Translations under genes and position numbers: made by a program
The notes under the pieces: model-generated
The model's input: only the letters and a program-made list of their open reading frames with translations
What the model was told of the DNA's origin: nothing
Databases searched by the model: none
Assembly (NCBI GenBank): GCA_038243585.1
Contig: JBBSQY010000014.1
Coordinates: 1-64,000, forward strand
Length of the DNA: 64,000 nucleotides
Direction of reading: 5' to 3'
Source of the DNA: Candidatus Sumerlaeales bacterium
GTDB taxonomy: Bacteria > Sumerlaeota > Sumerlaeia > Sumerlaeales > Sumerlaeaceae
Shown here: piece by piece, positions 10,201 to 19,702 of the stretch
Layout of the letters: each line of letters begins with the position of its first letter
Position numbering within the stretch: the stretch's first letter is position 1

Positions 10201-13200
10201 GGCGGGATTGCTGACGATGGTTGTCGTTGAGCAATTGTCGGTCGCGGTAACGGTGAAGCTGACAGGCATGCCAGTCTGATTCCGCTCGGCCACGAGGAAG
10301 ATATTTTCCGGACATGTGATTACCGGTGGCTGAGTATCGCGCACTTCAATTGTCATACTGCAGGTCGACTGATTTCCAAATGTATCCGTTGCAGTAGTGA
10401 TTACGTCCGTAAAGCCTACTGGAAAACGTGAACCGGACGGTGCGCTGGACTCAACGACTGAGGGTGTGCAATTGTCTTCATGTCCCACAAAGAAAAAGAC
10501 TTGAGCATCACAGAGACCAGGTTCAGCATTTACTGGGTCTACGCGTCCGCAATTAAGTAGAGGTGGCTGGGTATCACGCACCGTTACGGTGAAGGAGCAT
10601 GTTGTCTGGTTGCCAGCGGCGTCGGTGGCGGTGTTCAACACTGTCGTCACTCCGACAGGCAGTCGTGAGCCGGACGGCGGAACCGCCGTTACCGTTACGG
10701 TCGAACAGGAATCAAACGCCTGGGCGTCCCGGACTCCGAAGATTCCAGGCGCAAAGTTTTGGTTTTGCGGGGAATCATAAACTACAAGGGCGTCGCAGAG
10801 TCCCGGTTCTGCATCTACTACCATGTTTTGTGGGCAGGCAATAAACGGCGGCACTCGATCCAGCACTGTTACATTGAAGGAGCATACCGTTGTCGCGCCG
10901 TCCCGAACATAGACAGGCGTGGTGCCCACAGGGAAGAACGATCCGGAGGGCGGATCATAAGTCACATCCAGACACGTGCCACCGACTGGAGTTGCGTCGG
11001 GATATGCAACCTCGATACCGCACTGTCCGAAATTGGACGAAGCTGTTTCGGTGGTGATGTCATCGGGACAGGAAAGAATGCATGGCCCGCATTGACTTGC
11101 GCCACCATAAATCACATAGATGGAACTCGAATCACCAGAGTCGTCCCCATCCAGATACGCACCCACGAACACGTCATCATAACCATCGTTGTTGATGTCG
11201 CCAGCGGAAGAAACGATATAGCCCGCCTGCTTACCCGCTGCCGACCCGTCAATGCGATATCCAAAGGAATTCGAGGAGGCGAAATCCGCCAAATCAATAT
11301 TGCTGATTCCGACGTTCCTGCCAAAAATCACGTAGCTTGAGCCGGAAGCGTAGCGCCCGTTATTACTGGCCCAAAGAGCCCCCACAATGACATCGTCAAA
11401 ACCATCGCTGTTTACGTCACCTGCGGAAGAAACGCTACTTCCAGACTGGTCAAACGCCGCCGCCCCGTCGATTCGAAAACCGGCGGAGGAGGCCGCTGTG
11501 AAATTGGCTAGGTCAATATTGCCGAACCCACCAGCTTTTCCGAAGATCACGTAGCTGGAACCCGAAAGGTTACGCCCGTTGTTCCCAGCGGACAGAGCCC
11601 CTATAATAACGTCATCATAGCCGTCGCCATTGACGTCGCCCGCAGAAGAAGCGCCGCCGGCATTATCAAGCGCCGCCCCGTCAATGCGGAATCCGGCGGC
11701 ATTCGCCCCTGTGAAAGTAGCAAGGTCAATATTGACGAACCCAACGGCTTTACCGAAAATAACGTAAGTCGATCCAGATCGAGGCCGCCCGTTGTTGCCC
11801 GCCTCCCTGGCTCCCACCACAACATCATCATATCCATCGCTGTTTACGTCTCCTGCGGAGGAAACACTACCGCCGGATTGATCACCCGCCGTAGCCCCGT
11901 CCATGCGAAAACCAGCGGCATCCGAACTTGTAAAATTTAGCAAATCGACATTGCTAAACCCCCCAGCCTTTCCAAAAATAACATAACTGGAACCGGAAGA
12001 TCCGGGGCCATTATTGTCTGCGCCCCGAGCCCCCACAATCATGTCGTCATAGCCGTCGCTGTTGACGTCGCCCGCGGAAGAAATGCTACCGCCGGATTGA
12101 TCACCCGCCGCGGCACCGTCAATGCGGAATCCAACGGCATCCGCTGCTGTGAAATTCAGCAAGTCGATATTGCTGACGCCGCCGGCTTTTCCGAAGATGA
12201 CATAGCTGGAGCCGGATAAGCTGCGTCCATTGTTCCCCGCATTCTGAGCCCCTACAATCAGGTCGTCGTAGCCGTCGCCGTTGACATCGCCCGCGGAAGA
12301 AACGCTAGCGCCGGACTGATCATTCACCTCTGCCCCGTCTATGCGAAACCCAGTGGAATCTGAGGTGGTGAAGTCAGGCAGGTCGAAATTACCGAACCCG
12401 CCGACTTTCCCGAATATTACGTAGCTAGAGCCGGAGTCGGCGCGTCCATTGTTGTCGGCATTTGGCAATCCCAGGATCACATCATCAAAGCCGTCCCTGT
12501 TTAAGTCTCCTGCGGAGGAGACGCTAAAATAGGCCTCGTTATTGGACGGCCCATCGATACGGAATCCGCGGCTGTCCGGGGATTCAAAATCCGCCAGGTC
12601 GATGTTTTGCTCCTTGGAAACCGTAACACTAAACGAGCAGGTCGTCATATTGCCGGCGGCGTCGGTCGCCGTGGTGATGACATCTGTCACGCCGGGGAAG
12701 AATTCCGAGCCGGACTGCGGATCTGAAACGACTGTCGCCCGGCCGCAACTTTCAAAGGCCCGGACTGAGAATCTTACCGGCCTGCTGCACTCATCTGCTC
12801 CCAGGCTAATAAAAATGGGCTCGGGACAATTGAGGTACGGAGCGGTTGTGTCGGAAACTGTAACGTTGAAAGTGCAGGTTGTGGTGCCGTCGCTAACGGT
12901 GACAGAGTGGACCCCAACGGGGAAAAAAGATCCTGAAGGCGGATCATATTGCAGTTCGCCGCATTCGCCGCTCATCTGCGCATTCGGGTAGTCCACACGA
13001 TTCCCGCACTCATCAGAGGAGATTCCGGAAAATACATCCGCCGGACACTCAAGCACGCATGGCAATGCGGCAATAGTGAAGCTTTGCTCTGGCGCGAAAC
13101 GGGATCCTGCGAACGCGGTGTCGATAGACTGGACACTCCAATAGTAGGTGCTTGGTTCCAGGCCGACGATGGTTCGGCTAGTGATTATTTCTGCGTTGCC

Positions 13201-14844
13201 TATTGCGGGCACAAGACGGTAGCCGTTGCTGTCTCCCTCGCCAGAGTTGGCCATGGGACTGACGACATCTGAGATTCCTGGCGCCGTCCCAAGGCGCAGA
13301 TTATAATTAAGCCCTGAAGTGGATGTTTGGGCATCTGAAGCCGACAGCCAGCGCAAAGTCACGCTGCTTTCGCCGGTCTCGGCGGTCAGGCTTTCCGGAG
13401 TTGATGGAGTTGTGTTGCGGACATCACTGTTATTACTGTAGATGTTGCCTGCGCTTTCATCGTCAATGTCTCCACCGGTCAGCAAAATATCAAGGTCACC
13501 GTCATTATCATAGTCACCCCAGGTCGCGGTGGACATATAAAGTCCGCGGTACTCGACAGGAATACCTGACTCCGACGCGGTGAGCGAGGCAAAATTGTTT
13601 CCATCATTGCGGTACAATAACGAGAGCTCCTCACCAAGACCGGTCATCAAAAGGTCAAGGTCGCCGTCGTTGTCATAGTCCCCAAATGCCAGGGAACTGT
13701 CAACAACCGGAGGCAAACCGCTTTCCGTCGCCGTGAACACATTGCCGGGATCATTTCGATAAAGATTTGTTTTATAGGCGCCGCCGAAATTTATGCCTGT
13801 CGTAAACAGGTCAAGATCGCCGTCGTTATCATAGTCTGCCCATACGATGGCGCCTCTATAAAGTCCTTCAATACCGGCGTTCACATCAGTAAATACGCCA
13901 TTCCCATCGTTTCGGCGCAGAGCGGCGAATTGGTCACGGCCGCTGGAAAGGATGTCCAGGTCGCCGTCATTGTCATAATCGGCCCACGCTGCGTTGGAAT
14001 CCTCTCCCACGCTGAAATTGGCAAGACCGGTAAACGATCCGTCATTATTTTGATAGATGTAGACCATACCGTCATCGTTGACATCATCTCCCGACAGCAA
14101 AACATCCAAGTCTCCGTCGTTGTCAACATCACCCCAGGCAACATCAAGCCCGTATGATCCTGTCACGAGGCCGGCGTTAATATTGACAAACACACCATTG
14201 TCGTTGCGGTAAATGTCTGATATAGTGCCGCCATTGACCCGGCCGGAAATCAACAGATCCAGGTCGCCGTCGTTGTCATAATCCCCCCAGGCCAACCCGG
14301 CGTCATAAGTCCCCGGCAGGCCCGCGTTGATATCCGTAAACGCTCCGCCGTCGTTGCGATAAATTCTAGTAATGATATCTTCCGAGCCGTAACCGGTCAC
14401 AACAAAATCCAGGTCGCCGTCCGCGTCGTAGTCTCCCCAGGCCGACGCGCCATTTGCCACCTGTGGTATCGCCGCCTCGATATCCGTAAATAGGAACCGG
14501 AGACGCAGATGCAAAGTGCTTTCGCTCTGGATATTGTAGTCGGCAAGCGTGCGACCGTCTTCCAGATACTTGCCCGCAAAAACCAAACGTTGCTGGTCGG
14601 GGGGAATGCCTTCCTTATCCTGAATTTTCGTCTTTACGTTTTCAATTGTGTCATTGGCATCGACTTCCAGGGCAATGGTTTTTCCTGTAAGCGTCTTTAC
14701 GAATATCTGCATGGCATCGGCCTGGCCGGCCGCCGCAAATAGGAATAGCGCGATGAAAAACCTCGTGGCAATCCGCCGCAAGATGACCGGTATCTCCGTC
14801 GTGTGATTTCCGGTTCCGTTTGCTGCGAAGTTGTCAAAAGTCAA
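7255..14844 (-). CDS. Giant secreted multidomain surface protein: signal peptide, ubiquitin domain, 7x FG-GAP propeller, FN3-like, 2x HYR, 7x integrin-alpha-type FG-GAP, 4x HYR, 3x SdrD-B-like, 4x DUF11, CARDB-like C-terminus
   Basis: Uninterrupted 2529-aa ORF with AGGA 9 nt before the TTG start. Repeat motifs counted in the translation: [11 protein letters not shown] x7, AGDVNxDGYDD x7, TCxFxVTV-like x6, GxIFxDxNxxG-like x3, (A/Y)DLxxx(K/M)xA(S/T) x4. Confidence 0.9.
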   Translation of the reverse strand: MTFDNFAANGTGNHTTEIPVILRRIATRFFIALFLFAAAGQADAMQIFVKTLTGKTIALEVDANDTIENVKTKIQDKEGIPPDQQRLVFAGKYLEDGRTLADYNIQSESTLHLRLRFLFTDIEAAIPQVANGASAWGDYDADGDLDFVVTGYGSEDIITRIYRNDGGAFTDINAGLPGTYDAGLAWGDYDNDGDLDLLISGRVNGGTISDIYRNDNGVFVNINAGLVTGSYGLDVAWGDVDNDGDLDVLLSGDDVNDDGMVYIYQNNDGSFTGLANFSVGEDSNAAWADYDNDGDLDILSSGRDQFAALRRNDGNGVFTDVNAGIEGLYRGAIVWADYDNDGDLDLFTTGINFGGAYKTNLYRNDPGNVFTATESGLPPVVDSSLAFGDYDNDGDLDLLMTGLGEELSLLYRNDGNNFASLTASESGIPVEYRGLYMSTATWGDYDNDGDLDILLTGGDIDDESAGNIYSNNSDVRNTTPSTPESLTAETGESSVTLRWLSASDAQTSTSGLNYNLRLGTAPGISDVVSPMANSGEGDSNGYRLVPAIGNAEIITSRTIVGLEPSTYYWSVQSIDTAFAGSRFAPEQSFTIAALPCVLECPADVFSGISSDECGNRVDYPNAQMSGECGELQYDPPSGSFFPVGVHSVTVSDGTTTCTFNVTVSDTTAPYLNCPEPIFISLGADECSRPVRFSVRAFESCGRATVVSDPQSGSEFFPGVTDVITTATDAAGNMTTCSFSVTVSKEQNIDLADFESPDSRGFRIDGPSNNEAYFSVSSAGDLNRDGFDDVILGLPNADNNGRADSGSSYVIFGKVGGFGNFDLPDFTTSDSTGFRIDGAEVNDQSGASVSSAGDVNGDGYDDLIVGAQNAGNNGRSLSGSSYVIFGKAGGVSNIDLLNFTAADAVGFRIDGAAAGDQSGGSISSAGDVNSDGYDDMIVGARGADNNGPGSSGSSYVIFGKAGGFSNVDLLNFTSSDAAGFRMDGATAGDQSGGSVSSAGDVNSDGYDDVVVGAREAGNNGRPRSGSTYVIFGKAVGFVNIDLATFTGANAAGFRIDGAALDNAGGASSAGDVNGDGYDDVIIGALSAGNNGRNLSGSSYVIFGKAGGFGNIDLANFTAASSAGFRIDGAAAFDQSGSSVSSAGDVNSDGFDDVIVGALWASNNGRYASGSSYVIFGRNVGISNIDLADFASSNSFGYRIDGSAAGKQAGYIVSSAGDINNDGYDDVFVGAYLDGDDSGDSSSIYVIYGGASQCGPCILSCPDDITTETASSNFGQCGIEVAYPDATPVGGTCLDVTYDPPSGSFFPVGTTPVYVRDGATTVCSFNVTVLDRVPPFIACPQNMVVDAEPGLCDALVVYDSPQNQNFAPGIFGVRDAQAFDSCSTVTVTAVPPSGSRLPVGVTTVLNTATDAAGNQTTCSFTVTVRDTQPPLLNCGRVDPVNAEPGLCDAQVFFFVGHEDNCTPSVVESSAPSGSRFPVGFTDVITTATDTFGNQSTCSMTIEVRDTQPPVITCPENIFLVAERNQTGMPVSFTVTATDNCSTTTIVSNPASGSTFPVGQTTVQSTATDAAGTTSTCTFTVTVSEAAPVQDIHGHIYFDINANGLKDGFDFPLPDTTVTLTRASDSAIFTQVSDDAGNYTALLDPGVYYVVIPESFFPNSVVTTENTTQSITLGLNQSVEAEPVGFVGVGFLEGQIFNDVNDNGVQDLGEPGLPGVTISITDEPIPALARQVVEAGGEVMTDADGRYTTTIITGRKRVEVLTSTLPPGSTVTTSDTVVQIIDVGLDENPTTATAQPVGVKLAVPTGLYRGTVFNDLNGDGFFSPEESPLENVSLLVTDSLQTTRILVSDTSGKFEAILPEGIAVLNIISDTLPTGFKLTTGNMPYSILIEENVDVNMSNPFGYQLFQEADLSVSKSASASEAVVFSFVNFTIVTTNNGPNPATMVKVTDALPWGTYLISANASTGTVRSSNSEVTLTIPTLNVGETATLNIVARVVYLGPLVNTAKVTSHTPDLNPANNEASAAVTVVPAIAADLDVTKTASARDIVLGEIVTFEITVTNNGPDPSRSVRLVDTLPPNLELVSASASTGMLTSSLSGASVTYSELQSQEVARLTVVARAREIGFIYNLAEVFSQTNDPNPINNDDIAYVSITAPFSQYDLAITMQASPAAVQVGGTLVYTIGVTNLGPDDATDITLADLLPAELEVQSVDASGPWTTQLDGNNLTAFLQGLAADQSATVTVTTVVRTGAVGEIRNTASVSSPLSEATTINNSASAVTPVAIVPTPGADLMIIKSATPDPAVANQPLTYTVKAINLGPDRSTLTSLVDVLPDHVTVVSAASDRGAAVIADRAVSVSGVALEVGESITLTITVTPLAPGVLVNRAGVLSDVLDPDMLNNIVELSTVVGVMSNCADLTAQMTKARAICKYNKKKGEWKFSVQSRIAVSNIGTECAPATLVQLYLSDDRIPDSSDEFLSVKALKPLCPGKKSKKVNIKVKLRPDQDPRGRYLIAVVDAEGIALECNKLNNTASGPN
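14497..14712 (-). other. Eukaryote-type ubiquitin domain (residues 45-116 of the giant protein)
   Basis: [72 protein letters not shown]; 62/72 identical to human ubiquitin by manual alignment. Confidence 0.97.
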
Positions 14845-15113
14845 TTTTCATCGTCCTGTTTAATGTTTTGTTTGCGCATATAATAATAAGAGTGCCAAAT
14901 TGAGCGTCAACGTAAAACCGGATTTAAAGGTACGATTTATGAACCTCCGGATCGAACTCGGCGCTGCTTTGCAAATGTTCTTCCTGAACCGGCTGGAAAT
15001 GAGAGTTTGTGCTGATGTTATGTGTCGCCTGTAAACGCCTTAAGCCTTCGCGCCCGCCTTGCCGCTATCACCAGTTGACGGGGCGCGCTTTTCTCTGGTG
15101 TGCTTTCTCTATC

Positions 15114-16709
15114 ATGCAAATCATCCGCCGCCATTCTTTAGATGCCCTGGTGTTCCTGCTGCTTTTTTGGAGTTTCGCTTATTTCCAGCACAGCCTGCCC
15201 GGCTGGAACGTTAATTCCCGGTTCGCGCTCACTTTGGCGCTGGCAGAATCCGGCACAGCGCAGGTCGATCGTTATGTCTCACAGCCGGCGCTGGAGACTC
15301 AGGACCTGGCCGCTTTTGATGGTCATCTCTATTCCGATAAGAGCATTGGTACATCCGTATTGGGCGTGCCTGCCGCGTGGGTTGTGGGGGCCGTGGAAAC
15401 AGCAGCAGACAGAACATTCTCCACCGCCACCCGCCGCTACCTGGTTACGTTGCTGTCTGTTGGCGTTGCCGGGGCGCTTTCCGGCGTATTGCTCATGCGG
15501 TTTCTGTCGCTGTTGTGGTCGCCTGTTCCTGGCGATCGGTCACTGGAAACGGCACCCGGATCCGCACGGCCTCCATCTGTCACGGGCGATGCCGCCTTCG
15601 CAGCCATTGGCGTCACTCTTGGCTCAATGCTTTTCCTTCACGGCACTCTTTTCATGAGTTATCTGCCGGCCCATATGTTTCTGGTGGCCTCGTTGCTTAT
15701 GCTGGAGAAAGCGCTTCGCCGCGTCAGGAGGGCGGAATCGCTGTCTGGCGCTCATGTTAAAGAGACGGGCTGGCCTTTGCCAGTTATCCTTCACTTCGCC
15801 TTGGCAGGGCTGTTCGCGGGCCTGTCGGCGCTGTGTGAATACACTTATGCGGTTGCGCCGGCGTTTATGGGGGTCTATCTTCTCGCGCGCCTGATTGGGC
15901 GAGTGCGTGTTCGGGATGGGGGATTTCATCTTTTCAGACGGCTCGGCGAGTCGTCCCTACCTGGGGCGGTTTATATCGTCGGCGGCGTTATTGGCTTTGC
16001 TCCGTTTCTCGCCTATACCTATTCGATTTTCGGCCGGTTTGCCATTCCTTACGAATACCACCTGATGCCGGAGTTTCGGGCCGCCATGGCCCAGGGACTG
16101 ATGGGCGCTAGTTGGCCCCCGGACGGGGATGTGTTGTGGCTGATCACCTTTCATCCGTTCCGTGGGATCTTTTTCTACTCGCCGCTGCTGCTGCTGGGCG
16201 CGGGGGGCATCCTCTGGATGATTTTTCTCGATAAACCGCGCCGCGCCTTCGCCTGGCTGTCAGTAGCCTGTATTGGCTTCTACCTGCTTTTTAACAGCGC
16301 CTATTATATGTGGTGGGGCGGCTGGAGCTTCGCCCCGCGCCACCTCGCACCGGCGATACCTTTTATGGCTGCGGGGCTTTTTCCTTGGTTTGGCAGCCGA
16401 TGGAGGTGGTGGGTTGCCGTCGTAGCGGCTTTGTTCGGGGTGGGAGTTCACACCCTCGTCAACGCCACGGAACCTCAGACCCCGGACGGCGGATGGCAGA
16501 CGGCCCTGTTGCGCCCGGACCTGGTTGCGTTCGACTATCCGGCCATCTTCCTCCACGACACCTGGCCCCGCGTGCTTGACGGAGCTTTTGATGCCAATCT
16601 GGGAAATTTGGCCGGTCTTCCGGGCAATCTATGGAGCCTGGTACCGCTCTTCGCCTGGTGGATTATAATGACCTGGTTGATCCGTGTCAGGCTGAAAAAA
16701 CTTCGCTAA
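15114..16709 (+). CDS. Polytopic membrane protein, probable GT-C-fold glycosyltransferase
   Basis: Many TM segments; NVNSR..D..YSDK first loop and WWGGWSFAPRHL motif; ATG at 15114 preferred over the upstream GTG. Confidence 0.6.
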   Translation: MQIIRRHSLDALVFLLLFWSFAYFQHSLPGWNVNSRFALTLALAESGTAQVDRYVSQPALETQDLAAFDGHLYSDKSIGTSVLGVPAAWVVGAVETAADRTFSTATRRYLVTLLSVGVAGALSGVLLMRFLSLLWSPVPGDRSLETAPGSARPPSVTGDAAFAAIGVTLGSMLFLHGTLFMSYLPAHMFLVASLLMLEKALRRVRRAESLSGAHVKETGWPLPVILHFALAGLFAGLSALCEYTYAVAPAFMGVYLLARLIGRVRVRDGGFHLFRRLGESSLPGAVYIVGGVIGFAPFLAYTYSIFGRFAIPYEYHLMPEFRAAMAQGLMGASWPPDGDVLWLITFHPFRGIFFYSPLLLLGAGGILWMIFLDKPRRAFAWLSVACIGFYLLFNSAYYMWWGGWSFAPRHLAPAIPFMAAGLFPWFGSRWRWWVAVVAALFGVGVHTLVNATEPQTPDGGWQTALLRPDLVAFDYPAIFLHDTWPRVLDGAFDANLGNLAGLPGNLWSLVPLFAWWIIMTWLIRVRLKKLR

Positions 16710-16718
16710 GAAAAAGCT

Positions 16719-17588
16719 TTAACGCTCGCGGCGCCAGAAGACCCCGGCCCGATCGACCTTCACCACTGGCTCGGTAATTCCATGTTTGCTTCGGAAATCT
16801 TCTACGGCCTGGGCGCAGGGCTTGTGCCACAGATAATCGTCGATGATGGCGAAACCGCCCACAGACAATTTGTGGTAAAGAGCGCTCAGGGCGTCCATGG
16901 TGCTTTCGTACATATCGCCGTCCAGCCGAATGACGGAATACCGCTCTGCAGGGGCATTTGGAAGGGTGTCTTTAAACCAGCCCTCGAGAAATCGGACCCG
17001 GTCGTCGAGCATCCCATAGCGTTTGAAGTTTTCTTCAACCTGCTCGCGGGAGATGGCAAGCTGGCCATAGGTGGAGTGAAGGTCTCCCACATCCGCCGGG
17101 TACACATCCGCGCTGGGCGGTGGCAGGCCCTTAAAGGAATCCGCCAGCCAAACTGTTTTCTCTTTATCCCCGAAGGCTTTGAGGCAGGCTCGCATAAAGA
17201 TGCATGCGCCGCCGCGCCATACGCCGGTCTCGATGAGGTCGCCGGCGATGCCGTCTCGCACTACTTCGCGGACGCAGTGCTGGACATTGTCCAGGCGGTA
17301 CAGGCCTATCATGGTTTCACCGTCCGGAATCCATTCCACGCCATCCACACGTGACTCCATGTCACGAGTCACCCGTTCTACTATTGCAAGGTTGTGCTGT
17401 TGGAGGTACGGCTGAAGACCCTGGAACTCAGGAGCGTCGGCAACGGACGGAGGAATATCGGCCGGCACAAACAGCTGGGGTCTTACAAGACCGGTCAGCA
17501 CGCGCTTCATCAGCTCAAGATATAATTCTTCAGGCGACTGCTCGTCGCCGGATGGCCACTCCAACCGAGTTATTCCCGCGTTTTCCAT
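16719..17588 (-). CDS. TylF/MycF/NovP-family O-methyltransferase
   Basis: IETGVWRGGA, DSFKGLP, GWFKDTLP, RLDGDMYEST, IIDDY motifs. Confidence 0.9.
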   Translation of the reverse strand: MENAGITRLEWPSGDEQSPEELYLELMKRVLTGLVRPQLFVPADIPPSVADAPEFQGLQPYLQQHNLAIVERVTRDMESRVDGVEWIPDGETMIGLYRLDNVQHCVREVVRDGIAGDLIETGVWRGGACIFMRACLKAFGDKEKTVWLADSFKGLPPPSADVYPADVGDLHSTYGQLAISREQVEENFKRYGMLDDRVRFLEGWFKDTLPNAPAERYSVIRLDGDMYESTMDALSALYHKLSVGGFAIIDDYLWHKPCAQAVEDFRSKHGITEPVVKVDRAGVFWRRER

Positions 17589-17751
17589 ATCATACCTTGC
17601 ACAAAAAAATTAATAGCAGGGCAAGCAGCTTCCCGGCGCAGAGTGGCATTACCAAAGAAACTCGATCAAATTTCTATTTCTTTTTTTGCGTTCCCTCGGC
17701 TTCCTGAGCGGCTCAAAGTCGAAATTTGTCGCTTACAGGATGCGTTATTTC

Positions 17752-19530
17752 CTAGCCTGCTTCGGCCTCGATGGAATCTGCCAGGAGCTGTTTTTCGAAC
17801 AGGTCGGCGTACTCGCCCCGCATTTCCATTAGTTCCGCGTGAGTGCCGCGTTCCACAATGCGACCTTCGTCCATCACGATGATCTGTTCGCAATTCATGA
17901 CGGCGCTTACTCGATGCGCGATAATGACGGACGTTCGGCCCTGCAGTTCATCATGCAGCGAGTCCAGAATGCGGCTTTCGGTTTCCGTGTCTACCGCGGA
18001 TAGGGCGTCGTCCAGTACGATGATGCCCGGATCGCGTAGTAGCGCCCGGGCAATGGCAGTACGCTGTTTCTGCCCGCCGCTCAGGTTGATACCGCGTTCG
18101 CCAAGCATGGTGTCGTATCCCAGCGGAAGCTCTTCAATCTCGTTGTTAATATGAGCCACCCTGGCCACCCGCTCAACCTCTTGTAGCGGGGCGTCTGGTC
18201 GGCCAAAGGCGATGTTGTTGCGTAGCGTATCGCTGAATAGAAACGTTTCCTGAAACACAATCCCGACCCGCTCGCGCAGCTCCTCCAGACTAATATCGCG
18301 GATGCCTCGCCCGTCGATGAAAAGCTGATTTCTGCACGGGGCATACAGTCCGCTCAGCAGCGCGGCGATTGTGCTTTTGCCGCTGCCAGTGTGGCCGACA
18401 ACGCCGAGACGTTCTCCTGAGCCGATTTTCAGCGTGATATCCTTCAGCACATAAGGCAGGTCCGGACCGTAGCGGAATGACAGATTGCGAAATTCGATGC
18501 AACCGGGCTCGTCAGAATTGGCCATCTCTGGTGTAAGGTCGTCCGGCATATCATCCTGATCAAGGGGCACCGTGTAAGAGGGCAGGTCGAGCACCTCGGC
18601 GATTCGGTCCATGCTGGCCGCGCCGCGCTGCATCAGACTTACGGTCCAGCCAAAGGCTATCATGGGCCAGAAGAGCATCGTCTGGATGAGAGAAAACTCC
18701 ACCAGCTCACCGACGGTAATCGTCCCGTTGATGACGTCTCGTCCGCCCACATAAATCAGCAATACGACACACAGGCCGGCGAGCACCCGCAGAAACGGGT
18801 AGAACGCGCTTTGCACCTTTGCCAGGTGCATGTTCATGTCAATGAACTGCCGGTTCAGTTCGGCGAATTTTTTCTTTTCCGCTTCTTCCTGGACGAAGGC
18901 CTTTACCACCCGTACGCCGGCCAGGTTTTCCTGCACCATGGCGCTGATTAGCGAGTAATGGTCCTGGCATTGGCGGAAACGCCAGTGCACGCGATTCCCA
19001 AAGTAGTTCATCACAAAAGGAAGAGAAATCAAGGGCAGCATAGTGATGGTGGCCAGCCGCGGATCAATAACCCACATTCTCCACATGGCCAGGGGAAATA
19101 TCATGACGGAATTGAAAAACTGGAGAAACCCGGGACCAAGAAAAGACCGCACCTGCTCTACGTCGCTGGTGGCTTTCGCCATAAGGTCGCCGGTGCGCTG
19201 CCGATCAAAGAAAGCGGGGGATAATGACTGTAGCTTGGCAAACAGATCGTTTCGGAATGACGCCTCAATATCGCGCGAAGCCCCGATTATCCACTGGCGC
19301 ATAAAGTACCGGAATACGCCCATTACGACGGTATAAGCGATTATTTCAAGCGCGTACATAAGGAAATCATGGGGAGCATGACCTCCCGCTTTAATAGCGT
19401 CCGTGGCCTCGCCTACTACCCGTGCGACTCGGAGGGTGTAATAGCTGGCAAGTCCAAGGCAAATAAAGCCGCCAACAAGGCGCCACTTGTGGCGGGAGAC
19501 GTAGGGTTTTAACCGTTTAAGATTCTTCAT
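17752..19530 (-). CDS. ABC exporter, fused permease/ATPase (MdlA/MsbA-like)
   Basis: N-terminal TMD, GHTGSGKST, LSGGQKQR, LDDALSAVD. Confidence 0.9.
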   Translation of the reverse strand: MKNLKRLKPYVSRHKWRLVGGFICLGLASYYTLRVARVVGEATDAIKAGGHAPHDFLMYALEIIAYTVVMGVFRYFMRQWIIGASRDIEASFRNDLFAKLQSLSPAFFDRQRTGDLMAKATSDVEQVRSFLGPGFLQFFNSVMIFPLAMWRMWVIDPRLATITMLPLISLPFVMNYFGNRVHWRFRQCQDHYSLISAMVQENLAGVRVVKAFVQEEAEKKKFAELNRQFIDMNMHLAKVQSAFYPFLRVLAGLCVVLLIYVGGRDVINGTITVGELVEFSLIQTMLFWPMIAFGWTVSLMQRGAASMDRIAEVLDLPSYTVPLDQDDMPDDLTPEMANSDEPGCIEFRNLSFRYGPDLPYVLKDITLKIGSGERLGVVGHTGSGKSTIAALLSGLYAPCRNQLFIDGRGIRDISLEELRERVGIVFQETFLFSDTLRNNIAFGRPDAPLQEVERVARVAHINNEIEELPLGYDTMLGERGINLSGGQKQRTAIARALLRDPGIIVLDDALSAVDTETESRILDSLHDELQGRTSVIIAHRVSAVMNCEQIIVMDEGRIVERGTHAELMEMRGEYADLFEKQLLADSIEAEAG

Positions 19531-19702
19531 GACAACGCCGGATAGCTACACGCCGACTGTCGGAATGTTTCTTTCGCACCAACTTCACACAAAATGTTGA
19601 CACGCGCACATCAAGCAATGACCAACGAACAGAGATCACTTGCTTCACATCAAGATTGCCGGTCTCCGGCTTCACTTACCAAACGATCAAGAGGAACAAA
19701 AC

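Noticed and set aside
14497..14712. Ubiquitin as eukaryotic contamination or as part of a ubiquitin conjugation operon
   Set aside because: It is in frame with a bacterial signal peptide and propeller, carries non-eukaryotic substitutions and lacks GG; no E1/E2/JAB genes are nearby. A read-level check is still advisable.
14836..14860. Out-of-frame ATG (ATGAAAATTG on the minus strand) suggesting a frameshifted start of the giant gene
   Set aside because: AGGA lies 9 nt from the in-frame TTG but only 2 nt from the ATG, so the TTG start is adequate.
16719..19530. TylF methyltransferase plus ABC exporter as an antibiotic biosynthetic cluster
   Set aside because: No PKS, NRPS or sugar-biosynthesis genes nearby; TylF-family enzymes commonly methylate surface glycans.
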